Assembly (NCBI GenBank): GCA_951406725.2 | Contig: OX597814.1 | Coordinates: forward strand, 147,622,001 to 147,686,000 | Length of the DNA stretch: 64,000 nucleotides | Reading direction: 5' to 3' | Source of the DNA: Octopus vulgaris | Taxonomy: Eukaryota | In this document: one piece after another, positions 1-13,457 of the stretch | How the letters are laid out: each line of letters begins with the position of its first letter | Position numbering within the stretch: the first letter of the stretch is position 1 | Notes under the pieces: generated by a model | Told to the model about the DNA's origin: nothing | Databases searched by the model: none | Seen by the model: the letters and a program-made list of their open reading frames with translations, nothing else | Made by a program: the position numbers and the translations under genes

Positions 1-272
1 CCCGCACTCTTTCTGTCTTCATATGTGTCCAGTGTAGTTCAAATGTAATCTGCAAAAGTTACATGAATAAAGTTCGGGAAATAATAAACGCCGCAACACC
101 TACTTTGAATTTCTTCTAAATTCAATACACCCATTCATTTTCAAATGTCATATTATCTGTCTGATGATTCCCCACACTCATTTAACAAACTCAGACTTCT
201 TTCTTTTACTTGCTGATGATGCTGTTTTGTATTTAAGACCCAAATCACTTCTGGATCAGTAGATGATGGTTA

Positions 273-520
273 GTGGAGGCGCGTGGCTTAGTGGTTAGAG
301 TGTCAGCATCATGATCGTAAGATTGTGGTTTCGACTCCTGGCTTGGGCGACGCGTTGTGTTCTTGGGTAAAACACTTCATTTCACGTTGCCCCAGTCCGC
401 TCAGCTGGCAAAAATGAGTAACGCTGCAATGGACTGGCGTCCCATCCAGCTGGGAAACACATACGCCATTGAAACCGGGAAACCGGGCCCATTTCCCTGG
501 CTAGGCTTTAAACGGGCGCA
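273..520 (+). mobile_element. tRNA-derived SINE, monomer 1 of a head-to-tail dimer (Meta/MESC-like central domain)
   Basis: A box TGGCTTAGTGG and B box GGTTTCGACTCC. The 3' part TAACGCTGCAATGGACTGGCGTCCCATCCAGCTGGG...GAAACCGGGAAACCGGGCCCAT is shared with the next monomer. Domain name assigned from memory of the MetaSINE core. Confidence 0.85.
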
Positions 521-818
521 ATGGCCCAGAGGCTAGGGCAGCGGACTCGCGATCGGAGGATCGCGGTTTCGATTCCCAGACCGGGCGCTGTGTGTGTTTA
601 TTGAGCGAAAACACCTAAAAGCTCCACGACACTCCGGCAGGGGGCAGTGGTGATCCCTGTTGTAATCTTTCGCCACAACTTTCTCTCACGCTCTTTTCTT
701 GCATCTTGGGTAACGCTGCGATGGACCGGCGTCCCGTCCAGCTGGGGGGAGCACATACTCCACAGAAACCGGGAAACCGGGCCCATGAGCCTGGCTATGC
801 TTGAAAAAGGCGAAAAAT
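515..818 (+). mobile_element. tRNA-derived SINE, monomer 2 (different head and body, same 3' domain)
   Basis: A box TGGCCCAGAGG and B box GGTTTCGATTCC. The 3' domain at 710-810 matches 418-515. GATGATGGTTA flanks the pair at 262-272 and 819-829. Confidence 0.85.
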
Positions 819-1598
819 GATGATGGTTAAGGGTGTTTCATGTGTGACTATTCTATTGTTTTATTATTAGTATTTTTCTCTGGACGTATTGCATCTTGGA
901 CAATTTACATCACGAACAAACATGCTAGGGTACGATTGAAGAGAGATTTGACTGCCACTTCTAACATGTTGATGAATGCGTAAACTGCTTTGGAGATGAA
1001 GAATTCCTCACATATTAGAAGTAGAGTCAGATGATGAGGAATAACTTGTTCATAGTCAGACGTAACCTGTTAATGTATAGAAACACATCAACCAGATAAT
1101 CACGAATTAGGTTTGGCAAGTACTAAGACTAACGGAAAATGCTCTCGTTTACGGCTAATGGACTCTAGTTTGAAACTAAGCATGTCTGAATAATATTCTT
1201 GGAGAATTAAACTGAGAAATATAGAATAGAATATGAGTATTATGCTCATCGAAATAATAATGAAATGGCCTGCAAAGGACGTGAATGAACTCAGCATCCA
1301 TGATTTCAAATCGCGGATAATTTTCTGAGTTCATTCGGCCGTCTGACTTCTATTTAACCAAAACAATATGATACAAAAAAAATAAAATAAAATAACGTAA
1401 AATAAGGAAACGAAGAACCTGAATATATTATTTCATGCTGTCTCTGATCATAATAAGGTTCTTTATTTATAGCTCTATTAAAACAACATTAACGTATTCA
1501 AGCAATGATAAGTAGATTACTGTAGATTCAACATTGATATAAGCACATGTATATTTTCCCAGGCAACCCTCCTGCTACCCGTCGATAATTCCCTACAT

Positions 1599-1619
1599 AT
1601 GTATTTATATATACGCGGA

Positions 1620-1672
<53 letters not shown>

Positions 1673-1773
1673 TCCGCGTACACATATCTATGCGTGTATA
1701 TATATATATATATGTATATGCGTCCGCGTAAACATATCTATGCGTGTGTATATATATATATATACATATATAT

Positions 1774-1810
<37 letters not shown>

Positions 1811-1975
1811 CATATATATATATGTGTGTATGTATATATATATGTATATATATATGCATACATGTGTGTGTATATATATACACATTTACACACGCACCCA
1901 CACATATACACGTATATATGTCTATATGTGTGTATGTATATATATACGCACATACACATACGTATGTATATACTT
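1599..1975. repeat. Compound (TA)n/(TG)n microsatellite with internal duplicated and inverted units
   Basis: Directly visible. Explains all YIYI-type ORFs in this interval. Confidence 0.95.
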
Positions 1976-4237
1976 CGAGAGATATTTGATCCTCGATGTT
2001 TCTTTTCCTGTCCCTCTCTCTTCATTGGCTTTTTCTCTGTTACTCTATCGCTCCATTCATAACATAAATTGCTTGATAGCTCACATAAAGAACAGAAACG
2101 TACACATAGAGAAGGCGGTGGCTTATATGAATTGCTTCATTGTGTAACATTGCACGTGTCTAAAGAAATGCTAAATGTAACTTTGACACAGGATGAAGAA
2201 TTTGTTGTTTTGTATCCATTTTTTTTTTTTTGAGTAGTGCTTTTTTTTTTCTCGTTTACAATATGATTATGATAAATACATTTTGACGTATAGTGTAATT
2301 ATTAATAAACAACGAAATGAGTCTCTCAGGCGCTGTACATCCTTCCCTTCCCAACAGGAAAGAACAAAAGAAAACAGAAAAAATGTAATGAAAAACAACT
2401 TAGACTAGCTCTCAGAAAAAAAAATATATAGTTGTATGCGTCAGTTATGTATGTATATGTGTGTACATGTTTGTGTGAATGTGTGTGTCTGAGTGAGAAA
2501 TTGAGTATGTAAACACGCATACATGACGAGAGAAAGGCAGAGCAAGAGAGAAAAAGAGAAGAGAAGAGAAGAGAAGAGAGAAAGAGCGAGAGAATGACAG
2601 AGAAGCAGAGAATGTGAAATATAAATATACGAAAATTCCTACATCGAAAATGATGCATGCGTCTATGCTTCGTTTCTTACACAGGCACACACTCACCAAC
2701 ACACGCATGAAATATAGGCATTCATAAACACACACACACACACACACTTATGCATGCATGTATAAATATACATGTGTGTGTGCGTGTGTACATCGCATAC
2801 ATAGAATTCATGTTAAACTTTTAACAGCTAATCTACATAGTTTATTCTTCAGATTTATTCTCGTCATGGACACCGAATGGACGTGTGATATTTGAGTATA
2901 TGTGACAGTAGTAGACCATCCTGTCAGCTGATGATTAACCGAGTGCGAAATTTTCTGCAGTTCTCATGTTATATAAGGAGCGTTAGTAAAGTTAGTTAAT
3001 ACCAATGAAGTCGTTATTAAGATTATTGCCGCAGTGGTAGATGACAAGAGTTTCTTTGAGGTTATCGAGGTCTGTTCAATGACATTGTAACAAACATGCG
3101 GTGAACCTACTTTGCTTCGTTCCTTGACTTTTTATTACAAAATATTTTTTGTATAACCGTTATTATAAATGTTTAATGTTACGTGACTCTATTTGTTTAT
3201 TGTTTTCATCTTTGTTTTATGATATATAGGTGTAAATGGCAAAAGCAGGTGATGTGCCAAGAGGCAGATTAGACAAATAGATTGATGGGACATTGGCAGA
3301 TTGGCTGATTGGGAAGGACAGAGAGTTCCGAGAGCGCGAGACACAACGATCAGTCAGCAAGCAATACAGGCTATCAGGGAAGATGTGAGGTGTGGCTGAG
3401 AAAGAAATGGCATCTGTAACAGTAGATGAACAGAAAAAGAAATAGTGAACTATACAATAGGAAGAGGTAATTAGAAACATAACGTGATAAGATGAACGAT
3501 GTGGAAGTATGAAGCATTGGCTGTAGTGTGGGAAATTCAAGAAAGAGTGTAAAAATGTAGCGAATCGATTAGTGGGCAAGACAAAAATACCAAGTAACTA
3601 GTAGTCGACTGTTGAACGAAATATATAGTCGGGTGGATAGACAGGGAAATCTTTATGTAGGATGGAGGAGGAAGACAGAACGCGAATAACAGAAAAGAAA
3701 TTTAAAGAAAAAAATATACAGCTTTCCAATAGAGAAGAAGTATTAGAGTGGTAACGTGATGATATAAACAATATGAATGGAGAAAGCAATGGGTCTGGGA
3801 ACGGAGGTGGAAGAGAGAAATAATGTATTATAAGGAAATTGGCTTTATAGAATCAGAAGAGTGAGAGACTGAAAGCGTGATAGAGAAAGAGAATGAAATA
3901 GCAACAGTCAAGCAGTAAACGAGAAAAACGGTTAACCTAAAATATAATGAGATGAAAATACAGCGTGAATAAGACAAAGACAAATATCTGGAAAAGACAA
4001 TGTGATGCAATAAAGACGAGTTATTAGGGAGATAACGTGATAACATGAAAGAGCCCTTGAAGAATATCGGAAAAGAAAGAATGACACGGAGAGGGAGTGG
4101 TCATAGATATGCTTCAGTAAGTTTCACTTGACGCTACGCAACAAAACACGCGCGCACGCACATTCCAACATATTGATCAGATAAACAGTGTACCCAACAA
4201 TCCTTCGTCTAATGTTGAAGATAGTAAATATACTCAT

Positions 4238-4294
<57 letters not shown>

Positions 4295-4304
4295 CAGCAG
4301 CAGC

Positions 4305-4346
<42 letters not shown>
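4238..4346. repeat. (TAG)n/(CAG)n microsatellite
   Basis: Directly visible. Confidence 0.95.
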
Positions 4347-4890
4347 TGCTGTTATTATTGTTAAGGATCTGCCGCTGTATTATTAGTGTAATAGACCTAA
4401 AATACTAACCTCAGTGAAGGTTTACGAGGCCGATCTGTTTGCAAGAAATGGCAGCTAAAACCGTCCAAATCTTATCTATATTAGAAATCCTATCTTCCTT
4501 AAGATAGTGAGACAAATGAGACAAAATTGTAAATCAAGATATTAGCATAAGAAAAGAAAGAAAATTGATGGTTGTGATTAAAATTATTTTCATAAAATGT
4601 TTGTTCGATGAGTGTTGATCTGAGTTAATTTAAAAACAAGGATTACACTATCGGTTTTTGTCTGTCCTAAGTAGAGTTTAATATATTTTAAGCATTCAGA
4701 TCCTGGTACATACCCAGTCTCCTGTGTTTTGTCACCGCTAGTGACTAGTCGGTATTCAGCCCCCTAAATCTGATATTTTATTAATGTGTGTCGTGAGATG
4801 TCTCTCAAGCAATTATTTTATGTATGTATGTATGTATGTATCTATCTATCTAAATATTTATCTATTTACTTATCTCTATCTATCTCTCTA

Positions 4891-4921
<31 letters not shown>

Positions 4922-5124
4922 CAAGTAAATGTCGAACGACGAAACTGAGTTCTCAACACCGCATTAGTGGATGTAATTTCTTCATTTCTGAATAAAGGCT
5001 ACCATTGATTTCATATTTAAAAAAATAGGAAAATATTCAATTGTCTTAACAAATTTTCAAGTCGATCATATGGAGAATGGTGTTTGCCTCCATTTTGGAA
5101 AACACAGCTTTGTATATGTACACA

Positions 5125-5158
5125 GACAGACAGACAGACAGGTAGGTAGGTCGCTTGG

Positions 5159-5238
<80 letters not shown>
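5125..5238. repeat. (GACA)n/(GATA)n microsatellite
   Basis: Directly visible. Confidence 0.95.
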
Positions 5239-5239
<1 letters not shown>

Positions 5240-7261
5240 GTGATAGTTGGTTAGAAAGTAACGCAAATTTTTTTTTGCATTATTTTAGAGTTACTCTTGA
5301 ATGTATATGAGCACATACACATATATTTTAGTTAAAATTCAGTTATGATAATTTTTTATCAGAATATATTACTACCATGCCATCTTGTCGAGGAGATTCC
5401 GAGCTTTCCCAATTTTCAACATAAAATTCTGAGAAATGACGTAATGACTGAAGCGCTGCAATCACCCTGAAGTTAGTTTGATCGTCTTAATATCTGATGA
5501 TGATTGATTGTATTCTGTGTATGTATATATCGTTGATGTTAAGAAAAAATATTTTCAGAAATATCTGACGTCTTCTAATGATTTAATAAAAGACTGGAGT
5601 ATTTTAGTTGCTAAATTAAAAGTATCGTATGTTATAATGATGGGCGAGTGTAAGAAATGTTAGAGGACTTGAAGTAAATTCTTCGCAGTAGTAAGGAGTG
5701 GTGTCTTAGATTCCGAGTTCAAATTCATTATTATGCGCATTTGTTTTCTAACCTGACATATCCTCGATACCGCGTCTCTGTATGGTAGCTATTGATTATT
5801 AGCTCACTCAAAAGTACACAATGTATTTTTGGAGAAAGGTCGGGTGAAAACTATCATCGCAATTCTATAAAAGAAAAAATGAACTCGATGTTTAGGTGTA
5901 GAATGCTTCTTAACCGTTTATTTACTCAGGAAATGTTAAGGTCTAAGCAATAATAGTAACCTGTAATCTTAAAATTTGAAGTTCTGTGGTAATTTATTAA
6001 GTCAACATTATTAGGGATCAAAACTGACTAGTAGGCCGTTGGTATAGGTGTTGCGGAGAAAATATTTCCTAGTTACACCTTTATGCTTTATATACATCGT
6101 GCAGAAGTCGATTTCAAGTGGCAATCTTCTAAGACCAATAAACTAAGTGTCAGGTATACAGTAGAGTCGGCTTCATTTGATGTAATTACCCCCACTCCTC
6201 CACACCAACACCCGATTATGTGTGACATAGTAACACAATAATATATTCCCAAAAATGAAAAATGGAAAAATGGAAGTAAGTTAGTGATGAGTTTCCAAGT
6301 AGCTTTGTCTGAAACACAATTCCTTGATTCGGTGAACAAGGCGAGTGAAAGTCTACTCAATCATTATATCTACTTAAAATAACAACTAATTATCCCTCAA
6401 ATAATAGTTACCTCTTTTATAAAAGGGACAGGGTTACGTTGTATGATACAGTCCTAGATGAAGTGTGTCTCCGGTTTTTGATGAATATCATCGCTAGTTG
6501 TAGGTTTGCATCAGGCCAATCATTGGCCATTATGCAAAAAAGGATTGAATGGTCGCAGCCAGAATATTATTGATCATACACCAGCGCACAAACAGCTGAC
6601 CTTGTCAACAAGACTTGTAGCATTGCATATGTCGTTAATGACCCTGGAAAAGGCAGGAAGATTCAAATTCAATTACATTTAACTGATGTTCTTTTTGTTC
6701 AGTCAAAAACAAAAACTCTTCTATAAATTGCGATTGTGATGAATATCTAGTTGTAATGTACTGTAGTACGCAAAGTACCGTAAATGATGTATAGTAAAAG
6801 CAGAAAGTCTCAAAATTACAGCCATTTAAATGAGATCCATTGTATGTAAGAAACCAATACTATAAAATACGACTGTGGTGAGTGATTTGTAATAAGAGGC
6901 AAGATTCTGGTAAGAAGAACGAATGATTGGCATTTAATCTGGCATTGAAAATATTTCTCCCAATGTTATCAATCTTACACACACCCACCACTTCTTTCAT
7001 GAAGTTGAAAAAGAAATTAATATCAAGAAATACGAGCAATTATTTTGGAAGTATCAGATGAGTAGGTATGTAGCAAACCGAGTCAGCGACACACTTTTAG
7101 AAACCTAATTAAAACAAATTTCGATAACTTACTACGTGTATTATTCTGAGAAAATGTATAGTTAAAATATCCCGCTACAAATACCCTTAATAACAGAAGT
7201 AATAGTAAAAATACAAAAAAAAAAAGTTGCTATGAAAATCAAAGTAGATATGAAAATAGAT

Positions 7262-7667
7262 AGGCGTAGGAGTGGCTGTCTAGTAAGTAGCTTACTTACC
7301 AACCACATGGTTCTGGGTTCAGTCCAACTGTATGGCACCTTGGGCAACTGTCTTCTACTATAGCCTCGGGCAGACCAAATCCTTGTGAAGGGATTTTGTA
7401 GACGAAGACTGAAATATATACATATATGTGTGTATGTGTGTGTATATGTTTGTGTGTCTGTGTTTGTCCCCTCAACATCGCTTGACAACCGATGCTAGTG
7501 TGTTTATATCCCCGTAACTTAGCGGTTCGGCAAAAGAGTCCGATAGAATAAGTACTAGGCTTACAAAGAATAAGTCCTGGGGTCGATTTGCACGACTAAC
7601 AGCGGTGCTCCAGCATGGCCACAGTCACATGACTGAAACATGTAAAAGAGTAAAAGAGTATAAAGAG
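7262..7667 (+). mobile_element. CORE-like tRNA-derived SINE with internal microsatellite, near full length
   Basis: Head with GGTTCAGTCC B-box-like motif and ACCTTGGGCAA CORE-like motif. Internal (TA)(TG) tract. 3' end GCGGTGCTCCAGCATGGCCACAGTCACATGACTGAAAC plus (GTAAAAGA)n tail. Many paralogs in the window. Confidence 0.9.
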
Positions 7668-8843
7668 TTGTTATGACTCAAAATACATGAAGAGAATAAT
7701 GAGGCTGCAATTCACTCGTTTGGCCCGGTTGCTAAAGGAGCCAAATCTTCTTCATATCACTCATTTGTGAAAGAAAATTATAGACACATTGGATTATCTA
7801 ATACTTAAGATAGTGCAAAAAAAAAAGATTGTATTTTGTGATTGAAATGTATTTGATGAGATGCCCGGTAAATTCGTATTTCTCAACTTCTTAAAGTTCC
7901 TATAAATTTAAGTCTGTTGTACAGTTTCCACTGCTAGGTAATTACATTTAACTTACACAACCGGATGTATTTGAACAGCATAAATAGCCATTTCCCCTAC
8001 CTAGAAAGAAAATGAAAATATAAGAACGCATGTAATTGTATTGAGAAAACAGAAACGTCCAAGGGCAGGAAATTGAGTAGCAAAAAGAAAGAGATTTAGT
8101 ACAGCAGAAAACAGCAGAAAATTAGAAATAGTATCGAAACAGACTGGAGCGAGCATAGAAAAGATTGTTTGAAAATTGAGTTTAGAACTTATAGCGAAAA
8201 CACAAGGAACTAAGCCGAGAATGATTAGCAGACCGTCGTCATATGATTGAACTGATAATAATAAGCAGAGAAGCATACAGATCAGTTTTATAATGTCATA
8301 AGAAATTTAAGAATTAGAGCAGAAATATTGATAATTTATACATGCATTGGTGAGTGGAAAATGGAGACAGAAAACATGGAAAAAAAAGATTAGAAAATTT
8401 TTAGCAACAGACAATGATGTATTATCCGGTTCAAAAACGGTGTGCCAAACGATTCAGAACGGCAGCCATGCTCTGAAAAACGTCACAGTTACTACCGGGA
8501 CTGAAGTATATTATGCATGTTTCGCAGTCAAATATTGTAGCTTTCTCGTGGGCTGTGCATAAAAACTTGTAGTTTACAGTTGGAAGATTGACAATGAAAT
8601 TTTCAAAAAAGTGAGAATACTCGAGTTAATTGTAATCGTTATATTTACACCCAAAATATTAACGATGTCGATTGAATATTCTATGTATCTATGCCGTGAC
8701 TGGACCAAAACATTGGTATTTAAGCATGCATATATGATCCTAAACTTATCTGAAACATGCTTAGGACATGCAATTCAGCGAGTGAACATATCTCTGAAAT
8801 AATAAACGATGACCAGCTGACATCGAAATTAATACTATACATA

Positions 8844-8902
<59 letters not shown>

Positions 8903-8948
8903 AAATACATGCATATATATATATGTACGTATATATATATGTGTGTAT

Positions 8949-10016
8949 GATTGATTGATTGATTGATTGATTCTAGTTTCAGCTTATGAGCTGTGGCCAT
9001 GCTGGGGCACCGCCATTTGGTGTTGCTACTTGGTTTCACTTCATGGAGGCTTTCTAGCAACTCCTATTTGGTGCATGAGAGAGTTCGATGCAGCTGCCCT
9101 CATCTGCCCCTCCTGCCGTGAAGTTGGTTCATCTGGGACACCTGACAGGAAGACATCCAGCTTCATTTTAAAGACATCTGTATCCACCCCATGCAGGTCT
9201 CTCAGGTTCTTCGGGAGGATATTGAAGAGCTGTGGGCCTCGGAAGCCCAGGCTATCACAGAATCTTGTCCTACATCTTGATGGCAGGTTTGGAGTCCTAG
9301 GCACCACGCAGTGGCGCCCAGTTCTGGCATTTGCGTAACTCTCGATGCCAAAGTTCAGGACACTTCCCTCCAGGATCTTCCAGATGTATATTATGGCATA
9401 TCTTTCCCGCCTACGCTCCAGGGAATATAATTTTAATCTCTTGAGTCTTTCCCAGTAGCTTACATTCTGCATAGAGGCTATCTTCTTTGTGTAGCTTCGT
9501 TGGATCGCCTCAAGTTCTGTGATCAACTTGACACTGGATGGTGACCATAGCTGAGAGCAATAGTCAAAGTGGCTTAGGACAAGTGTCTTCCAGAGGACCA
9601 TCATGGTTTCTTGTTCTCTTGTTCTAAAGGTTCTAAGAATCCATCCAGCCAGCCGTCTACATTTCATTGTCAGTTTAGCAACATGTACATGAAAGGTCGC
9701 GTCATCACTCATGTGAACACCCAGGTCACGCACTGATTGTGCCTCTGGGATTGCAATCCCTCCGGGTCCAGTGTATTCATTGGGTATTGCATTCAGTTTT
9801 GCATGCTGATAGTATAAAGCTTGAAACTTTCCAGCATTGAACTGCATGCTATTCTTTTCAGCCCACTTGTATATTTCGTCCAGCTCACATTGCAGGTGTT
9901 TAGTGTCCTCAGGGTTCTGTATTGCCTGTGAAACTTTTGTATCATCTGCATAACTTGTGATCGTGGCTCTCTGCGTGGCTGAGGGCATGTCTGAGAGGGC
10001 CATTATGAACAGTAGT
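8949..10016 (-). mobile_element. 5'-truncated CR1-group (CR1/Zenon-like) LINE, ORF2 C-terminal half with 3' UTR and (TCAA)n tail
   Basis: ORF 9041..10129(-) contains YADDTK, DLGV, HFDYCSQLWSP, SLERRRERY and GPQLFNILP. Homology starts near 10016 (LLFIMALSD). Tail TTGA repeats at 8949-8972. Confidence 0.93.
9041..10016 (-). pseudogene. Reverse transcriptase fragment (uninterrupted ~320 codons) of the truncated LINE
   Basis: YADD motif and thumb/C-terminal region are intact. The N-terminal ~40 aa of the tracked ORF are microsatellite-like flank. Confidence 0.88.
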
Positions 10017-10154
10017 ATATAATATATGTGTTTGAATAAATGCATATGGTGCATACATACATATGTAGGTAAGTGCATACACATGTTATGTAAAAGTGCG
10101 TATACATATGTATTTGTGTTTGTATACAAGTATATATATATATTCCATCAGACG

Positions 10155-10765
<611 letters not shown>

Positions 10766-11479
10766 TTACATATAAGTGATCGATGACGCAATCAATGCAC
10801 CGAATGGAAAATATCTGACTCCTGAAGCATCCCTTTATATCCAGGTCTATTTATATCCAGGTCTATTTTGTATGTATCTTCTACAAGGTTAATAAATTAA
10901 ACACCAAAGAATTCCACTGAAAACAATAACCTTTTGAAGGTAATGCTACCACATGGAAGTCGTCAATCATTGTAAAAATATATACAACCAGTACTAAAAT
11001 ATATATAATTTCGCCACGATTCCATGCCGTTAGTGGTTTGCTGTTATATTTCATAATTGATACTAAATGAATTTAGCAAATTTCTTATTGAAGTCCTTTC
11101 CTATAGAATTTGAACTCCAGTCACAAACGGACGCAATCAATGCTTTTCGAAACTTTCGTCGGTTTTATTATAAAATACCTTGTTCAAACACTTAAACTAT
11201 AATATACAACTCATTGATTTCAAATATAAATTTTCGACTATGTTTTATACTCCCCCAAAGATTAGAGAGTAAATTTACAGGAGATAAGAAAATGTTCAAA
11301 TATTTCAGTTAGGTGATTTACAGTCCGAAATGTATGTTAATGTCGGGCGTATTGCATTGGTACTTTGTGATATTTATGGTTTCCATTTATTTTTATTCAT
11401 ATTCATTGTATGAAAGCAAAACTACACAGGCAAAAAAAAAGACACGTTATATAACACATGCTAGATCACTATATTACAT

Positions 11480-11926
11480 ATATACATGTGTACGTATATG
11501 TATTAAGCAGTGGTTTTCTGTATATATATATATAAATATAAATATATATGTATATACATATGTATATATATATATATTTATATTTATATATATATATATA
11601 TATAAATATAAATATATATATATATACATATGTATATACATATATATATATATACATATACAAATGTATATGTGTATATATATATATATATATGTATGTG
11701 TATATGTATATATGGATATGTATGTACGTATGTATATATATATATATTTATATACACATGCATACATATATATATATATATATATATGTACATATACACA
11801 TACATATATATACACATATACATGTGTATATATATATACATATACATATATATATACCTATATATACGTACACACACATACACACACATATATATATATT
11901 TATTTATCTATCTATCTATCTATCTA

Positions 11927-11970
<44 letters not shown>

Positions 11971-12005
11971 CATGTATGTATGTATGTATGTATGCATTTA
12001 TGTAT
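11480..12005. repeat. Compound TA/CA/TATC/TATG microsatellite
   Basis: Directly visible. Confidence 0.95.
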
Positions 12006-12238
12006 GTATTATGCCTATGTCAACATTTGAGATATCACAATGCTCCTCAGAGGTATAAAAGAATCGTGTGATTTGCAGCACCAGCAGTAGTTTAGGTCAT
12101 ATATCACAAATAAAAGAATATTACTATCTCTATATATTCTTACGCACTGTGTTTATTTTTATTGCATGACTGATTTTCTTAGTCTTCTGGTTAACAGTCC
12201 CCGCCACACACACATACGCATATATATATATATTTAGA

Positions 12239-13112
12239 TACGTGGTCCGATCAACAAGTACCCAGACTGTTGCTATAGCAACGAAGCTAAATAATGAAGG
12301 GTGAAGCCGCTGGGTAGATTGACTTTGAACTCTGCTGTGCATCCGCACTAAGTTTTAGCGTTCTAGCTCACTTCCGCTGTTGGAAAGAAGGTGTGTAGCG
12401 TGTGATCGTGGTATTAAACATAAGGGAAAAAGTTGCGCAGAGAATCTACATCAAATTTTGCCGAAAGCTTGGCGATACCTGCTCAGAGGCCTGTGCATAG
12501 TTTTCAAAAAGTTTTCAATCTTTCTCGACACAATCAAGGAGAACTTGTGCAGCTGAAACCCGAGTGTCCTTTTGGTCAACTGAAAGCCGTTTTTGCACAA
12601 ACTTAGCAGACACTGGTCTCATGCCTAAATCTTCAGTGATAATGGACTGAATTGAACAGTAACTAATATGCACATCCTCACGGATGGTGATTCGACGATT
12701 TCCTTTCACAGCTGTTCGCACATCTGTGATTTTATTCTCAGTTCTGCTGGCTGCGTGTCTCCCAGAACGTTCATCAATATCGTCTTTTTTCGGAGATCTT
12801 GGAAACGTCTGAGCCATTCGAACAATTGTGTTCGGCTCATACATTCCTCTCCATACCTTTTCTGCAAATTTTCGTAGGTCTCTGAACAGGTATCGCCATG
12901 ATAATTTTCTGTCGTGGTCAATGCGACGAGCACACGCTACAGACCTTCCTCCAAAACACTGCTGTAAACAGCAGAAGTGAGCCAGAACGTTAAAACTTAG
13001 TGCGCATGTACCGGAGTGTTTAAGGTCAATCCTTCTCGAGCGGCTTCACTCTGCGTTCTTTAGCTTCGACACCATAGCAACAATCCGAATACTTAGTGAT
13101 CAGACATAGCAT
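12239..13112 (-). mobile_element. Non-autonomous mariner derivative made of two inverted 5' ends plus an N-terminal transposase fragment
   Basis: Termini TACGTGGTCCGATCAACAAGTACCCAGACTGTTGCTATAG and CCATAGCAACAATCCGAATACTTAGTGATCAGACATAGCATA are inverted. Minus-strand peptides YGEECMSRTQLFEWLRRF, DDERSGR-like, NRRITIRE and LGMRPVSAKFVQKRL correspond to the mariner HTH and WVPHEL-equivalent region. Confidence 0.88.
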
Positions 13113-13144
13113 ATATATATTTATATATATATATATATATACAT

Positions 13145-13345
13145 AATAAGGGTGAATAATTGAATACTAATTTGATTAATATCAATTTAAAACCAGTGAT
13201 CTAGCATATAGAAGAATCTGAAGATTCAGAAAAATTATATTACATACATATAAGAGGAATGACCACTAAGTAAACATCCATTAGGCTAGACCCCCTATGG
13301 TCTTAGCACTAAGAAAGGAATGTTCTCAAGAAAATTTAGCAAACG
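13145..13345 (-). mobile_element. Terminal fragment of the (TA)n-associated repeat family also seen at 17262-17840 (putative Penelope pLTR)
   Basis: AATAAGGGTG...TTAAAACCAGTGATCTAGC is the reverse complement of 17787-17835. GACCACTAAG and GTTCTCAAGAAAA match 17450-17530. Confidence 0.6.
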
Positions 13346-13390
13346 TCAGAACGTAAGCGAGCAAGACAAATAAAAAGATACAAAATATAC

Positions 13391-13394
<4 letters not shown>

Positions 13395-13455
<61 letters not shown>
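13395..13455. repeat. (AG)n microsatellite
   Basis: Directly visible. Confidence 0.95.

Positions 13456-13457
<2 letters not shown>

Noticed and set aside
275-590. Possible tRNA genes
   Set aside because: A and B boxes are present but there is no complete acceptor stem. Both continue into SINE bodies bounded by a TSD.
3230-4100. Purine-rich strand with minus-strand ORFs (also 8000-8420)
   Set aside because: Looks like decayed GA/GATA low-complexity sequence. The ORFs are F/L/S-rich compositional artefacts.
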